Of a DNA stretch of 64,000 nt, positions 48,697-58,055 are shown in pieces (position 1 is the first letter of the stretch; each line of letters starts with the position of its first letter). The stretch lies in the NCBI GenBank assembly GCA_045401115.1, contig CP174359.1, positions 652,667-716,666 on the forward strand, written 5' to 3'. The notes beneath the pieces were generated by a model, which saw only the letters and a program-made list of their open reading frames with translations, was not told the DNA's origin and did no database searches. The DNA is from Candidatus Phycocordibacter aenigmaticus (lineage in GTDB: Bacteria; Patescibacteriota; Minisyncoccia; Phycocordibacterales; Phycocordibacteraceae). Made by a program: the position numbers and the translations under genes.

Positions 48697-49725
48697 TTAA
48701 ATATGGGAGCCGGTCTTAGTGACGTGCGTGACCAGTGTGTTGGCGTAGCCCATTTCATTGTCGTACCACGAGAACACCTTTACTAAATTACCACCTACCA
48801 CACGAGTAAAATCAAGATCTGCAATTGAGGCATGCGTATCACCAATAATGTCGCTGGAGACGATTGGGTCTTCGTTCACTCGGAAAATACCGTGCCAGCG
48901 CTTCTCTTGAGCGGCTGCGCGCAAGATATCATTCACTTCTTCTGTTGAGGTATCGCGTTTTGATACAAAAGTAATATCAACAAGCGAACCAACTGGTACC
49001 GGCACGCGCATAGCCACACCATCAAATTTATCCGAGAGTTGCGTCAGTGCTTGTGTGGTTGCCAACGCAGCGCCAGTAGTAGAGGGGACAATATTCGCTG
49101 CTGCTGCACGACCACGTCGTGGGTCTTTTTTTGATGGCCCATCAATCAGTGCTTGTGAGGCAGTGTATCCGTGTACGGTATTAAGTAATGCTTTTTCCAC
49201 ACCGAGTGTTTCGTCAAGAATAGCCATAAGCGGCGTACCAGCGTTTGTCGTACATGATGCGTTTGATGAAATGTCACACGTCTTGAGTGTATCGTCATTC
49301 ACTCCCATTAATACTGTAGCGCCAGAAACCCCTGCCTGTTTCGGATCATCTTTAACTGGAGCACTGACCACGACGCGTTTTGCGCCGGCAGTGAGATGCG
49401 CTTTTGATTTTTCATAACTAGCGAAGACACCTGTTGCTTCAACCACCACATCTACATCGTGTTTTTCCCATGGCAACTGTGCTGGATCACGCTCTGCATA
49501 GAGTGGAATTGTATCCGAACCAACAGTAAGCTCATTCTCCCCAGCAACAACACGTTCCGGAAATCGACCATAAACTGTGTCATAGCTCAGTAGATAGGCC
49601 AGGTTCTCAGGATCAGCGAGGTCATTGATGGCGACAATAGTAATATTGGGATTGGCGTGTGCGAGTCGATAGAATGCACGCCCAATTCTACCGAATCCAT
49701 TAATAGCTACGTTTAATTTTTTCAT
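48697..49725 (-). CDS. gap: Glyceraldehyde-3-phosphate dehydrogenase
   Basis: NAD-binding LNVAINGFGRIGRAFYR plus the catalytic region. Start trimmed to MKKLNVAING. Confidence 0.88.
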   Translation of the reverse strand: MKKLNVAINGFGRIGRAFYRLAHANPNITIVAINDLADPENLAYLLSYDTVYGRFPERVVAGENELTVGSDTIPLYAERDPAQLPWEKHDVDVVVEATGVFASYEKSKAHLTAGAKRVVVSAPVKDDPKQAGVSGATVLMGVNDDTLKTCDISSNASCTTNAGTPLMAILDETLGVEKALLNTVHGYTASQALIDGPSKKDPRRGRAAAANIVPSTTGAALATTQALTQLSDKFDGVAMRVPVPVGSLVDITFVSKRDTSTEEVNDILRAAAQEKRWHGIFRVNEDPIVSSDIIGDTHASIADLDFTRVVGGNLVKVFSWYDNEMGYANTLVTHVTKTGSHI

Positions 49726-49824
49726 ATCCACATTGTAGCGCATCATTTATACCCCCTCTCCACATCTCGTTATCGCCACTAATAGTGAGTTATGGGTTAA
49801 GAATGCTGAAAATGCTCTATACAC

Positions 49825-49908
49825 CCCTTGGTCAACACCCGGGTGTTGACCAAGGGGTGGTAACCCATAAAACATAAACGGCTCAATGTATTGAGCCGTT
49901 TATGTTTT
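49825..49908. repeat. Second copy of composite palindromic element: 34-nt perfect palindrome (CCCCTTGGTCAACACCCGGGTGTTGACCAAGGGG) plus hairpin H (ATAAACGGCTCA-atgtat-TGAGCCGTTTAT)
   Basis: Read directly from the sequence, in inverted order relative to the 44-kb copy. It lies between the 3' end of the YcnI-like gene and the gap start. Confidence 0.75.
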
Positions 49909-49931
49909 ATCTTCCACCTACCACGTATTAT

Positions 49932-50453
49932 TTAAGATCGCCTTCCGTAGACCAGCGATGTCACGACGAACCCAATAACAAGCCCGACAGCAATACCAAT
50001 AAGGTTTGAAGAGCTGAAGAAACCACCGCCACTGTTCGTATTTGCAACTGCACCACCAACGACAGTGAGTGTGAATTCAGTACTTGCTATTGCTTCATCT
50101 TCATTTTGATAACGGGCACTCACTGTGTATTCTCCAGCATACGGAAACACATAACTCAAACGTGACCCACCGAATTCGGCGTTATGCACACCAGTTGCTA
50201 ATGTCGTGCCGCGTTCTCCTTCAATACGCACCCACACATCGGAAAAATCATGAAAACGTTCTTGATTACGTAAAATCTCAAAATCAAAGATAACTGCTTC
50301 ACCGACCTCCGGTGCCGGAGAACTGTATCCAATATCAAGCGCATATCCATTCACCTCATCTTCGTGGGATGTCCCCCATGAATGAGCACCTACCACACCA
50401 GGAGCGAGTAAAAATAGAAACGTGACGAGGAAAGTAGCTACAAATTTCATCAT
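49932..50453 (-). CDS. Secreted protein with N-terminal His after the predicted signal cleavage site and a C-terminal TM anchor (YcnI/CopC-like architecture; putative metal-binding)
   Basis: Signal peptide MMKFVATFLVTFLFLLAPGVVGA, then mature HSWGTSHEDEV..., a beta-rich middle and a C-terminal TM helix IGIAVGLVIGFVVTSLVY plus RRS. Confidence 0.4.
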   Translation of the reverse strand: MMKFVATFLVTFLFLLAPGVVGAHSWGTSHEDEVNGYALDIGYSSPAPEVGEAVIFDFEILRNQERFHDFSDVWVRIEGERGTTLATGVHNAEFGGSRLSYVFPYAGEYTVSARYQNEDEAIASTEFTLTVVGGAVANTNSGGGFFSSSNLIGIAVGLVIGFVVTSLVYGRRS

Positions 50454-50854
50454 TTAACTATGATAACACCAGTGAAGTATGGCGCAAGGTGATCGTGGAA
50501 ATCCCACTCTCCTGTTTGACCGAATGTGAATTCCCACGTTTCTTCCGCCGATACTGGTCGTTTTGGATCAAACTCAGGATAGTCACGATGTGATGGATGA
50601 AGGTTAGATGCCGGCCAATGTGGTTTTTTAAGTTCCGTATTAAACACCACAGTATCCCCTTCCTCTATCTCGAGTTCTTCTGGGACATATCCGGTTTCAG
50701 TAAGTGTGATGGTGTGAATAACACCAGTGGCGTTAGTAATTGGTTGATTATTTACTTCCTCTTTTGATGAGTTGTTTTGGGAAAAGAAAAACACCGCCCC
50801 TGCAAGTACAGCTAGGAGCACTATAACAACACCGAGTACACGTTTATCACCCAT
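50450..50854 (-). CDS. Membrane-anchored stand-alone cupredoxin-like domain protein (Cys ligand replaced by HDH)
   Basis: 134 aa. N-terminal TM, then ITLTETGYVPEELEIEEGDTVVFNTELKKPHWPASNLHPSH...ETWEFTFGQTGEWDFHDHLAPYFTGVIIVK. This matches the cupredoxin_1-like strand pattern (GDTVxFxN...H...TFxxxGxYxYxCxxHPxMxGxIxV) with C-x-x-H-P-x-M replaced by H-D-H-L-x-P. Confidence 0.6.
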   Translation of the reverse strand: MGDKRVLGVVIVLLAVLAGAVFFFSQNNSSKEEVNNQPITNATGVIHTITLTETGYVPEELEIEEGDTVVFNTELKKPHWPASNLHPSHRDYPEFDPKRPVSAEETWEFTFGQTGEWDFHDHLAPYFTGVIIVK

Positions 50855-50866
50855 AGAATAAAAAAA

Positions 50867-52309
50867 TTATATCACGTCTTGCGGACAGTATGCAGCCAGC
50901 TCAGGAGTAAGCGTGTTGCAGATACGTCTTGTTTTCTCCACGCTATACCATCCATCTAAATCACCAAGAACTTCTGTATAGCAAGCATCCTTATGGGTCA
51001 CTGAAAGGGTCGCATCTGCACAAAAATCAAGCGCGGCTTCATATTCTTTTTCTGGAATTCCATGTTCAAGGAGACCGTGAGCAAAACCAGCGATACACCG
51101 GTTTTGGTGTGTACCAAGTCGACGACATACATCAACAACCTCAGCACTATTGAAAGACGGCAATTCATTGTACGCATACAAACCTGCAAGATATTCAAGG
51201 GCCACATTCAAATGCGGTTCTTTTGTGCCTGAAAGCACTGCTTGAGCTGCAGGGAGGAATTGATTATCGGCCATCCAGAAAATAACCGAGTTCATGTTAC
51301 CGTAGCATGATTCAGCATACTGTCCTTCTTGTGCAGCGCACAGAGTAACCGGGTTTTCTTTTGACACATCCAATCCATACTCATTATTAATATATAAATT
51401 TGCAATGCCGTTAAATAAACCTGACGCACAACGGAATCGTTCTTCCTCCCCCTCTGACGCAACTTCACATTGCGCAAGTGCCGCATCTATTACTGCCGAT
51501 ACGCTGCCAAATTCTCCTGTATTCGCAATAAAAGTTTCCATCACCCCATGGCCAATGCCGTGATAACACTGCAAACGTGCATCGGGCGCATCCCGCCCCA
51601 CTGCTTCGCCAATCGCTTCACACACACCGCCGGCACTCGCAATATCATCGGTGGCACCAAGATATGCTTCCATAAAACCATGATGGAAGCCTGAAGCACA
51701 TGCTGACGCTTTTGGTGTCATGATTGAATTTGAGTCTTTACGATAAAATCCATAACTTGCCAAGCCAATATTATGCGCAATGTAGTGACAAGACTGCGCA
51801 AACTCAGGTTCGCTTTCATAGAGTTCAGCCACTTTGTCATACGCTGCGCCAAGCCCATCTTCAGCAAGTGCAAGAAAAATATCGTCCTGCCAGCACGCAA
51901 GATTACCTCCCCGAGAAATACAACTATCTGTTAATTCACCATCTACACCAGTGACGCGTACGATACCAAAATAAAATGGTGCGAGATGGTCATGATATTT
52001 AAAAAGACCTGATTCCGTGAAGGTAAACTCCCACGTGGCTCCTGGCGGCAGTGCTTGTTGCGTATCAAACTCGGGATATGCTTCGTGTGTTGGATGAAAA
52101 TCAGAAGCCGGCCAAAAATATTTGTTACTTCTATTAACAAATGTCACTGTCTCCCCCACAGCAACCGTAATCTCAGTTGGTGAAAAACCATTTTCAGTGA
52201 GCAGCACAGTACGCGGCGGTGTTACTATCAGATTGATAAGTAACACCAAGCCCGTTATCATTATAACGCTCCCAACTCCAACCAATACTCCTTTTTTATT
52301 TTTATTCAT
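50867..52309 (-). CDS. Paralog family member A1: TM anchor + cupredoxin-like domain + Cys/His-rich helical repeats
   Basis: The cupredoxin-like block (GETVTFVNRSNKYFWPASDFHPTHEAYPEFD...TWEFTFTESGLFKYHDHLAP) is followed by repeats such as SCHYIAHNIGLASYGFY, CASGFHHGFMEAYL and CYHGIGHGVMETF. Start trimmed to Met15. Confidence 0.65.
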   Translation of the reverse strand: MNKNKKGVLVGVGSVIMITGLVLLINLIVTPPRTVLLTENGFSPTEITVAVGETVTFVNRSNKYFWPASDFHPTHEAYPEFDTQQALPPGATWEFTFTESGLFKYHDHLAPFYFGIVRVTGVDGELTDSCISRGGNLACWQDDIFLALAEDGLGAAYDKVAELYESEPEFAQSCHYIAHNIGLASYGFYRKDSNSIMTPKASACASGFHHGFMEAYLGATDDIASAGGVCEAIGEAVGRDAPDARLQCYHGIGHGVMETFIANTGEFGSVSAVIDAALAQCEVASEGEEERFRCASGLFNGIANLYINNEYGLDVSKENPVTLCAAQEGQYAESCYGNMNSVIFWMADNQFLPAAQAVLSGTKEPHLNVALEYLAGLYAYNELPSFNSAEVVDVCRRLGTHQNRCIAGFAHGLLEHGIPEKEYEAALDFCADATLSVTHKDACYTEVLGDLDGWYSVEKTRRICNTLTPELAAYCPQDVI

Positions 52310-53780
52310 AAACAAAATCGTATGAGCAATATTTCTGATACGGTTCCTCAATAGTATTACATATATCCGCTACCTTCTCTTTTGTATAAATCCCCTTAAA
52401 GGTGCGAGTAATATTCCAGTAGCATACGTCCCGTTCATGAGCAGTGAGTATGTCGGTACGACAAAAATCCAAAGCTTTTTCATATTCACGATTTGGCTCG
52501 CCAAAGGCTGCAAATGCACCCGTTAATCCTTTCATACAATCTGTTTGTAAAAACTGCGGTAAGCGCCGGCAGTCATATACTAAATCGGAAAAATCATCTT
52601 CAAGAATACGTGCGCCAAGTGCACCAGCAGCAAATGAATTAATAATCGTACCGGCAATCAAATCGTCAGGAATAGTGGAGATGTGTTTCTCATATATCAT
52701 TCCCATATCAATATTTACCTCAGTATTGAGTTTCATTGCGACTTCGTAGTAGCACGCACGTGCAATTTCATCACTTTCAAATGAAGCGCATAATATAAAC
52801 GGTTTATCATCAGAATAATGTAATCCAAATTGATTGTTCCACATCCAGTCAGCGATGACATTAAAGGCGCCTTGGAGGCATTGTTCACGCAGCGGAGTCT
52901 CTTTAAGTCGATCACACGCGGTGAGGGCGGGAGCAACTAACTTTTCTGTATTTCCCCAATCTTCAATATTAAGGGGTTCAGGGACAAAGCCGTGCCCAAT
53001 GGCGTGATAGCAGTTTAATTGTATCCATGGCAATTCATCTTCACGTCCGGTAAGGTTCTCACAAATTTCAAGTGCGAGATCGTAGTCCGGTTCATCGCGC
53101 AGGAAATGCTCAAGGAATCCATGGTAGTAACCGTAGCCACAGTACGAAGTTTCCGGCGGGAACTCCAATTTACTCATGTCTTTGTGACCAAGATACAAAC
53201 CATACTCAACTTCACCGAGTTTGTGTGCCATCCAGTGACATCCGATAGAACTAAATTCGGGTTCGTTTTCATACAGCTCTTCGAAGAGTGCGAACGACTC
53301 TTTTACTCCCTCAGTTTCTAACGTATTGGCAAGTTCCCGTTCCCAACATGCCTGTTTTTCTGACGCGCTTAATTCATCAGAACGTTCAATACAACTCACC
53401 ACTTCAGTGACATCACCTACAAGAATCTGGCCTCGAAAGTAGGGACGGAGATGGTCGTGGTACCACCACACACCATCTTTTTTAAACGTAAACTCCCAAC
53501 GCTCACCCGGTTTTATCGGCCTACCCACATCAAACTCGCTGTATATTTCATGTAGTGGATGGTTGTCGGATGCGACCCACAACGAATGACTACTCTTGTT
53601 TAAAAAAGTAACTGTGTCCCCTGAATCAATCACGAGTTTCTTTGGCGAGAAGCCACTGTCTTTTAGAACGACTGTGTTTGGCGTTAACGGCTGATACTGA
53701 GACAATGCCAATCCTCCCACAAGAAACGTGAGTGCGAGAATGCTAATAATGATGAGAGCGGGTCGTAAAAAAATATTCAT
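52302..53780 (-). CDS. Paralog family member A2 (cupredoxin-like + Cys/His-rich repeats)
   Basis: 492 aa. GCHWMAHKLGEVEY, YCGYGYYHGFLEHFL and NCYHAIGHGFVPEP. Near-identical to A3 over long stretches at the nucleotide level. Confidence 0.65.
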   Translation of the reverse strand: MNIFLRPALIIISILALTFLVGGLALSQYQPLTPNTVVLKDSGFSPKKLVIDSGDTVTFLNKSSHSLWVASDNHPLHEIYSEFDVGRPIKPGERWEFTFKKDGVWWYHDHLRPYFRGQILVGDVTEVVSCIERSDELSASEKQACWERELANTLETEGVKESFALFEELYENEPEFSSIGCHWMAHKLGEVEYGLYLGHKDMSKLEFPPETSYCGYGYYHGFLEHFLRDEPDYDLALEICENLTGREDELPWIQLNCYHAIGHGFVPEPLNIEDWGNTEKLVAPALTACDRLKETPLREQCLQGAFNVIADWMWNNQFGLHYSDDKPFILCASFESDEIARACYYEVAMKLNTEVNIDMGMIYEKHISTIPDDLIAGTIINSFAAGALGARILEDDFSDLVYDCRRLPQFLQTDCMKGLTGAFAAFGEPNREYEKALDFCRTDILTAHERDVCYWNITRTFKGIYTKEKVADICNTIEEPYQKYCSYDFVYE

Positions 53781-53814
53781 AGCGTACTCTTACATGCTCG
53801 ATATATGTACTGCG

Positions 53815-55290
53815 CTATTCATATGAGTATTCATAAGAGCAGTATTCTTTATATGGCTCTGCAATATTGGTACATACCTCTGCCATTTTCTCTTTTGTAT
53901 AAACCCCTTTAAAGGTGCGGGTAATATTCCAGTAACATGTGTCTCTTTCTTTCTCTGTAAGTATATTCATACTGCAAAAATCTATTGCCTTTTCATATTC
54001 ACGATTTGGCTCGCCGTATGCCACAAATGCACCCGTTAATCCTTTCATACAATCTGTTTGTAAAAACTGCGGTAAGCGCCGGCAGTCATATACTAAATCG
54101 GAAAAATCATCTTCAAGAATACGTGCGCCAAGTGTAGTTGCCATAAATGAATTAATGACCATACCTGCGATTCTTTCGTTTGGTATATCAGAAACATATT
54201 TCTCATGCGCCAATATGACATCGTTATCAACCTTTGGATTTAACTTCATTGCCACTTCGTAGTAACACGCTTCTGATGTATACGTATCTTCAAAAAGAGC
54301 ACATATTTCAAGTGGTGTGTCGTCTGGGAAATACAAACCAAATTGGTTATTCCACATCCAGTCAGCGATGACATTGAAGGCACCTTGGAGACATTCAACA
54401 CGAAGTGCCTGCTCGTCAAGCCGATTACACGCATTCAGTGCAGGTGCTACCAGCTCTTTTGGCTTCCCCCACTCTTCAATATCGAGTGGTTCGGGAACAA
54501 AGCCGTGTCCTATGGCGTGGTAGCAATTCAACCGTATGCGTGGCAATTCATCTTCACGGCCGGTAAGATTCTCACAAATTTCAAGTGCGAGATCGTAGTC
54601 CGGTTCATCGCGCAGGAAATGCTCAAGGAATCCATGGTAGTAGCCGTAACCACAGTACGAAGTTTCCGGCGGGAACTCCAATTTACTCATGTCTTTGTGG
54701 CCAAGGTAAACGCCATACTCAACTTCACCGAGTTTGTGTGCCATCCAGTGACATCCAATTTGACTAAACTCAGGCTCACTCTCGTATAATTTTTTAAAGA
54801 GTACAAATGATTCCTTCACCCCTTCAATTTCCAGGGTATTGGCAAGTTCCCGCTCCCAACATGCTTGCTTCTGTGATGTATTCAACTCGTCGGAGCGTTC
54901 AATACAACTCACCACTTCAGTGACATCACCTACAAGAACCTGGCCGCGAAAGTAGGGACGGAGATGGTCGTGGTACCACCACACACCGTCGTTCTCGAAT
55001 GTGAACTCCCAACTCTCGCCGGGCTGTATGGGCCTGCCTATATCAAATTCAGTATAGATGTCATGTTGTGGATGGTTGTCGGATGCAACCCATAACGAAT
55101 GACTGCTCTTGTTTAAAAAAGTCACTGTACCCCCTGAGTCAACCACGAGTTTCTTTGGTGAAAAACCACCATCTTTCAGTACGACTGTGTTTGGTGCTAA
55201 GGATTCATAATTGGAGACCACGATTCCGGCCGCGAAAAATGCGAAAGCAAGAATACTGATGATAATACTGGGTCGTAAAAAAATATTCAT
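53815..55290 (-). CDS. Paralog family member A3 (cupredoxin-like + Cys/His-rich repeats)
   Basis: 491 aa. About 85% identical to A2 (same motifs). For example nt 54040..54130 equals 52530..52620. Confidence 0.65.
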   Translation of the reverse strand: MNIFLRPSIIISILAFAFFAAGIVVSNYESLAPNTVVLKDGGFSPKKLVVDSGGTVTFLNKSSHSLWVASDNHPQHDIYTEFDIGRPIQPGESWEFTFENDGVWWYHDHLRPYFRGQVLVGDVTEVVSCIERSDELNTSQKQACWERELANTLEIEGVKESFVLFKKLYESEPEFSQIGCHWMAHKLGEVEYGVYLGHKDMSKLEFPPETSYCGYGYYHGFLEHFLRDEPDYDLALEICENLTGREDELPRIRLNCYHAIGHGFVPEPLDIEEWGKPKELVAPALNACNRLDEQALRVECLQGAFNVIADWMWNNQFGLYFPDDTPLEICALFEDTYTSEACYYEVAMKLNPKVDNDVILAHEKYVSDIPNERIAGMVINSFMATTLGARILEDDFSDLVYDCRRLPQFLQTDCMKGLTGAFVAYGEPNREYEKAIDFCSMNILTEKERDTCYWNITRTFKGVYTKEKMAEVCTNIAEPYKEYCSYEYSYE

Positions 55291-55323
55291 AGTGATGTTA
55301 TTCTCCTCACTGTATATACTGCG

Positions 55324-56796
55324 TTATTCATACGTACAATATTTTTGATACGGTGCCGCAATCAGTGCGCACACTTTTTCCATTTTATCTTTTAGATACA
55401 CTGCTTCAAATGTACGGACAATATTCCAGTAACAAATATCTCTCTCTTCTTCAGATAGTATATCCAAATTACAAAAATCAATTGCTTTTTTGTATTCGTT
55501 CTCTGGTTCACCAGCAGCCATAAATGCTGCAGATAATCCTTTCATGCAGTCTGTCTGTAAGAATTCTGGTATCTGCCTGCACTCATACACAAAACGGGAA
55601 AAGTCGTTGTTGAGAATGTCTTGACCAAGAGCGCTCGCTGCAACAGAACTCAGCACCATACCTGCAATAGCTTCATCGGGTATATGAGATATGTATTTAT
55701 TATATGCACGCACAATATTATTATCAACACTCGGGTTCAGTCGCATTGACACCTCGTAATAACACGCAGACTTCTTTTCATGATCATCAAAAGATGCGCA
55801 GAGAGCAAGAGGTTTATCTTCTGGGTAGTACAAACCAAATTGGTTATTCCACATCCAATCACCAATTACATTAAACGTCCCTTGATAACATTCGTGACGC
55901 TCGTCGTCACGGCTCATTCTCTCACATGCGTCTAACGCCGGAGCAACCATTTTCCGTGGGTCTCCCCACACTTCAACATCATCCGGCTCAGGAACAAATC
56001 CGTGACCGACCGCATGATAGCAGTTCAAGCGAATTCGTGGGATTCTATCTTCAAGTCTGGTAATGAGTGTTTGACAGAACTGGTTGGCGGCATCGTAATC
56101 AGGGTCGTCACGTAGGTAATGCTCCAGAAATCCATGATAGTAGCCGTATCCACAATACGATGTCTCCGGAGGAAATTCTAAACGAGAAAGATCTTTATGG
56201 GTTAGGAATTCGCTATACTCAACCTCACCAATTTTATGCGCCATCCAGTGACATCCAATAGTAGTAAAATCTTTATCTGTATTATACAGTTCAGTAAATA
56301 ATTCGAACGAAGCTGTGGTTCCATGTTCCTTAAGTTCGTTTGCAAGCTCTCGCTCCCAGCACGACTGTTTATCCTCAATTGACGCTCCTTCGAGTTCATC
56401 GAGACAACTCTTTGATTCGTCGGCATTACCCACCACCACTTTTCCGTTGTAGTAAGGGCGCAGATGGTCGTGATACCACCAGACTCCCTCTTTTTCAAAA
56501 GTAAACGTCCACGATTCATTTTTCTCAAGTGGATGTCCTGCATCAAACTCCGTATATAAAGTATGCTGAGGATGATTATCAGAAGCAGGCCAAAATGAAA
56601 ATGAGCCTTTATTTATAAATGTTACCGTCTCCCCCACTTGAATTGCTATTCGCGAGGGATGAAAACCACCATCTTTAAAAACAACTGTGTTTGGTCCCAC
56701 AGGTGTATAGTTAGACACCACGATTCCGCCTACGAGAAACGCGAGTGCGAGAATGCTAATGATAATAAAAGCGGAAAGAGGTGCTGAAATTTTCAT
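55324..56796 (-). CDS. Paralog family member A4 (cupredoxin-like + Cys/His-rich repeats)
   Basis: 490 aa. GETVTFINKGSFSFWPASDNHPQH...WWYHDHLRPYY, GCHWMAHKIGEVEY and NCYHAVGHGFVPEP. Confidence 0.65.
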   Translation of the reverse strand: MKISAPLSAFIIISILALAFLVGGIVVSNYTPVGPNTVVFKDGGFHPSRIAIQVGETVTFINKGSFSFWPASDNHPQHTLYTEFDAGHPLEKNESWTFTFEKEGVWWYHDHLRPYYNGKVVVGNADESKSCLDELEGASIEDKQSCWERELANELKEHGTTASFELFTELYNTDKDFTTIGCHWMAHKIGEVEYSEFLTHKDLSRLEFPPETSYCGYGYYHGFLEHYLRDDPDYDAANQFCQTLITRLEDRIPRIRLNCYHAVGHGFVPEPDDVEVWGDPRKMVAPALDACERMSRDDERHECYQGTFNVIGDWMWNNQFGLYYPEDKPLALCASFDDHEKKSACYYEVSMRLNPSVDNNIVRAYNKYISHIPDEAIAGMVLSSVAASALGQDILNNDFSRFVYECRQIPEFLQTDCMKGLSAAFMAAGEPENEYKKAIDFCNLDILSEEERDICYWNIVRTFEAVYLKDKMEKVCALIAAPYQKYCTYE

Positions 56797-56805
56797 GGAG
56801 TCTTT

Positions 56806-58050
56806 TTATTGTATATCATTAGCGTTTGGTTGAATATTATATCCTTCTTTGTTTAAACACTGCGTACTCCATGGTTCAGGTAGTGTTCGGCAAAACGTTT
56901 TAAATGGCTCTGAATCCGGTATAAAGTTAAACGTTGAATAGAATAACAGTTCATCGTAGCACCGCTGACCAACACCATGCTCTTCAGCTATTTCACACAA
57001 ATCAACCGCGCGCGAGGCAAGGCGATAATCGGTTTCAATAAACCGCGATGCTGAATTTGCAAAACACTGCCCTTGTCGCTCTTGCGGCAATCCTTCACAA
57101 ATCGGAACAATCCGGCTCGCATCAAAATTAAATTGAGCTGTTAACACATAGAACATCGCATTGTAACAACGATGCATTGACTGCCCATCAGGTACAAGAT
57201 TACAAAATCGCTGGAGTAAGTTCGGGTCACTAAGCTCCTCGCGATAGAGCGGCCAACTTTCTCGATGACATGCCGCACGACGCTCGCCAGAAAATGTTCT
57301 GCAAAACGCTTCGGCTTCTGCTTGGGTTTCCGGCTCTATATCCTCAACGAGGGCGAAATCCTCAGGCTCAAGCGGTTGAAAAATCTGCATGTAGGCGCCC
57401 TCATAACATGTTTGTGTATAATCGCGCTCGCCTTTTTTTGCCACTTGATCACATACTCCGGTTGCCTCACTGATATGAGCATCAGTAATATACATAGAAA
57501 GATGTCCTAGAGCGTGGTAACAACTTGCCTGTTCAAGACCAGTAAACGTTTTTGCTTCACTATTTTCACAGATAGTATCAAGTTGAGGAATGAGTTCTTG
57601 AAGTTCTTCACCTACAAAAACCTTATCGCGGAAACGCTCTTGAAATGCACCGTGAATAGCACCGTTTGAACAAACACCGGTCGGTGCACGCGCAATAACT
57701 TCAGTCCATTTAGAAAGGTCCTTAGCTGCTTCTTTAGCAGATAAGTTATGACCAAGTACATGGCAATAAAAATAACTAGGGTCACGTTCCTGTACTTTAA
57801 CTGTTACTTGAAACGCTTCCTCCATAGTAAGTCCTTTATCCATAAGACGCGGTATCTCGGTATCGTAACAATGAGGCGCATTATTTTCTTCCGCACACGC
57901 TTCCATCACCTCGTCAGCGAGCTCTGCAAAGGTTTTACCAGACGTACCGACAGTATCTACAAACAAGCCCTGCAGCTGCCCTGCAGCTGCATAGCCTATA
58001 ACAATAAGAACTAAAATACTGATTATAAAAATATTTTTCTTTTTTTGCAT
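56806..58050 (-). CDS. Paralog family member B1 (signal anchor + Cys/His-rich repeats, no cupredoxin domain)
   Basis: 414 aa. YCHVLGHNLSAKEAAKDL, CSNGAIHGAFQERF and CYHALGHLSMYI. Paralogous to 61354..62610. Confidence 0.6.
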   Translation of the reverse strand: MQKKKNIFIISILVLIVIGYAAAGQLQGLFVDTVGTSGKTFAELADEVMEACAEENNAPHCYDTEIPRLMDKGLTMEEAFQVTVKVQERDPSYFYCHVLGHNLSAKEAAKDLSKWTEVIARAPTGVCSNGAIHGAFQERFRDKVFVGEELQELIPQLDTICENSEAKTFTGLEQASCYHALGHLSMYITDAHISEATGVCDQVAKKGERDYTQTCYEGAYMQIFQPLEPEDFALVEDIEPETQAEAEAFCRTFSGERRAACHRESWPLYREELSDPNLLQRFCNLVPDGQSMHRCYNAMFYVLTAQFNFDASRIVPICEGLPQERQGQCFANSASRFIETDYRLASRAVDLCEIAEEHGVGQRCYDELLFYSTFNFIPDSEPFKTFCRTLPEPWSTQCLNKEGYNIQPNANDIQ

Positions 58051-58055
58051 ACAAT

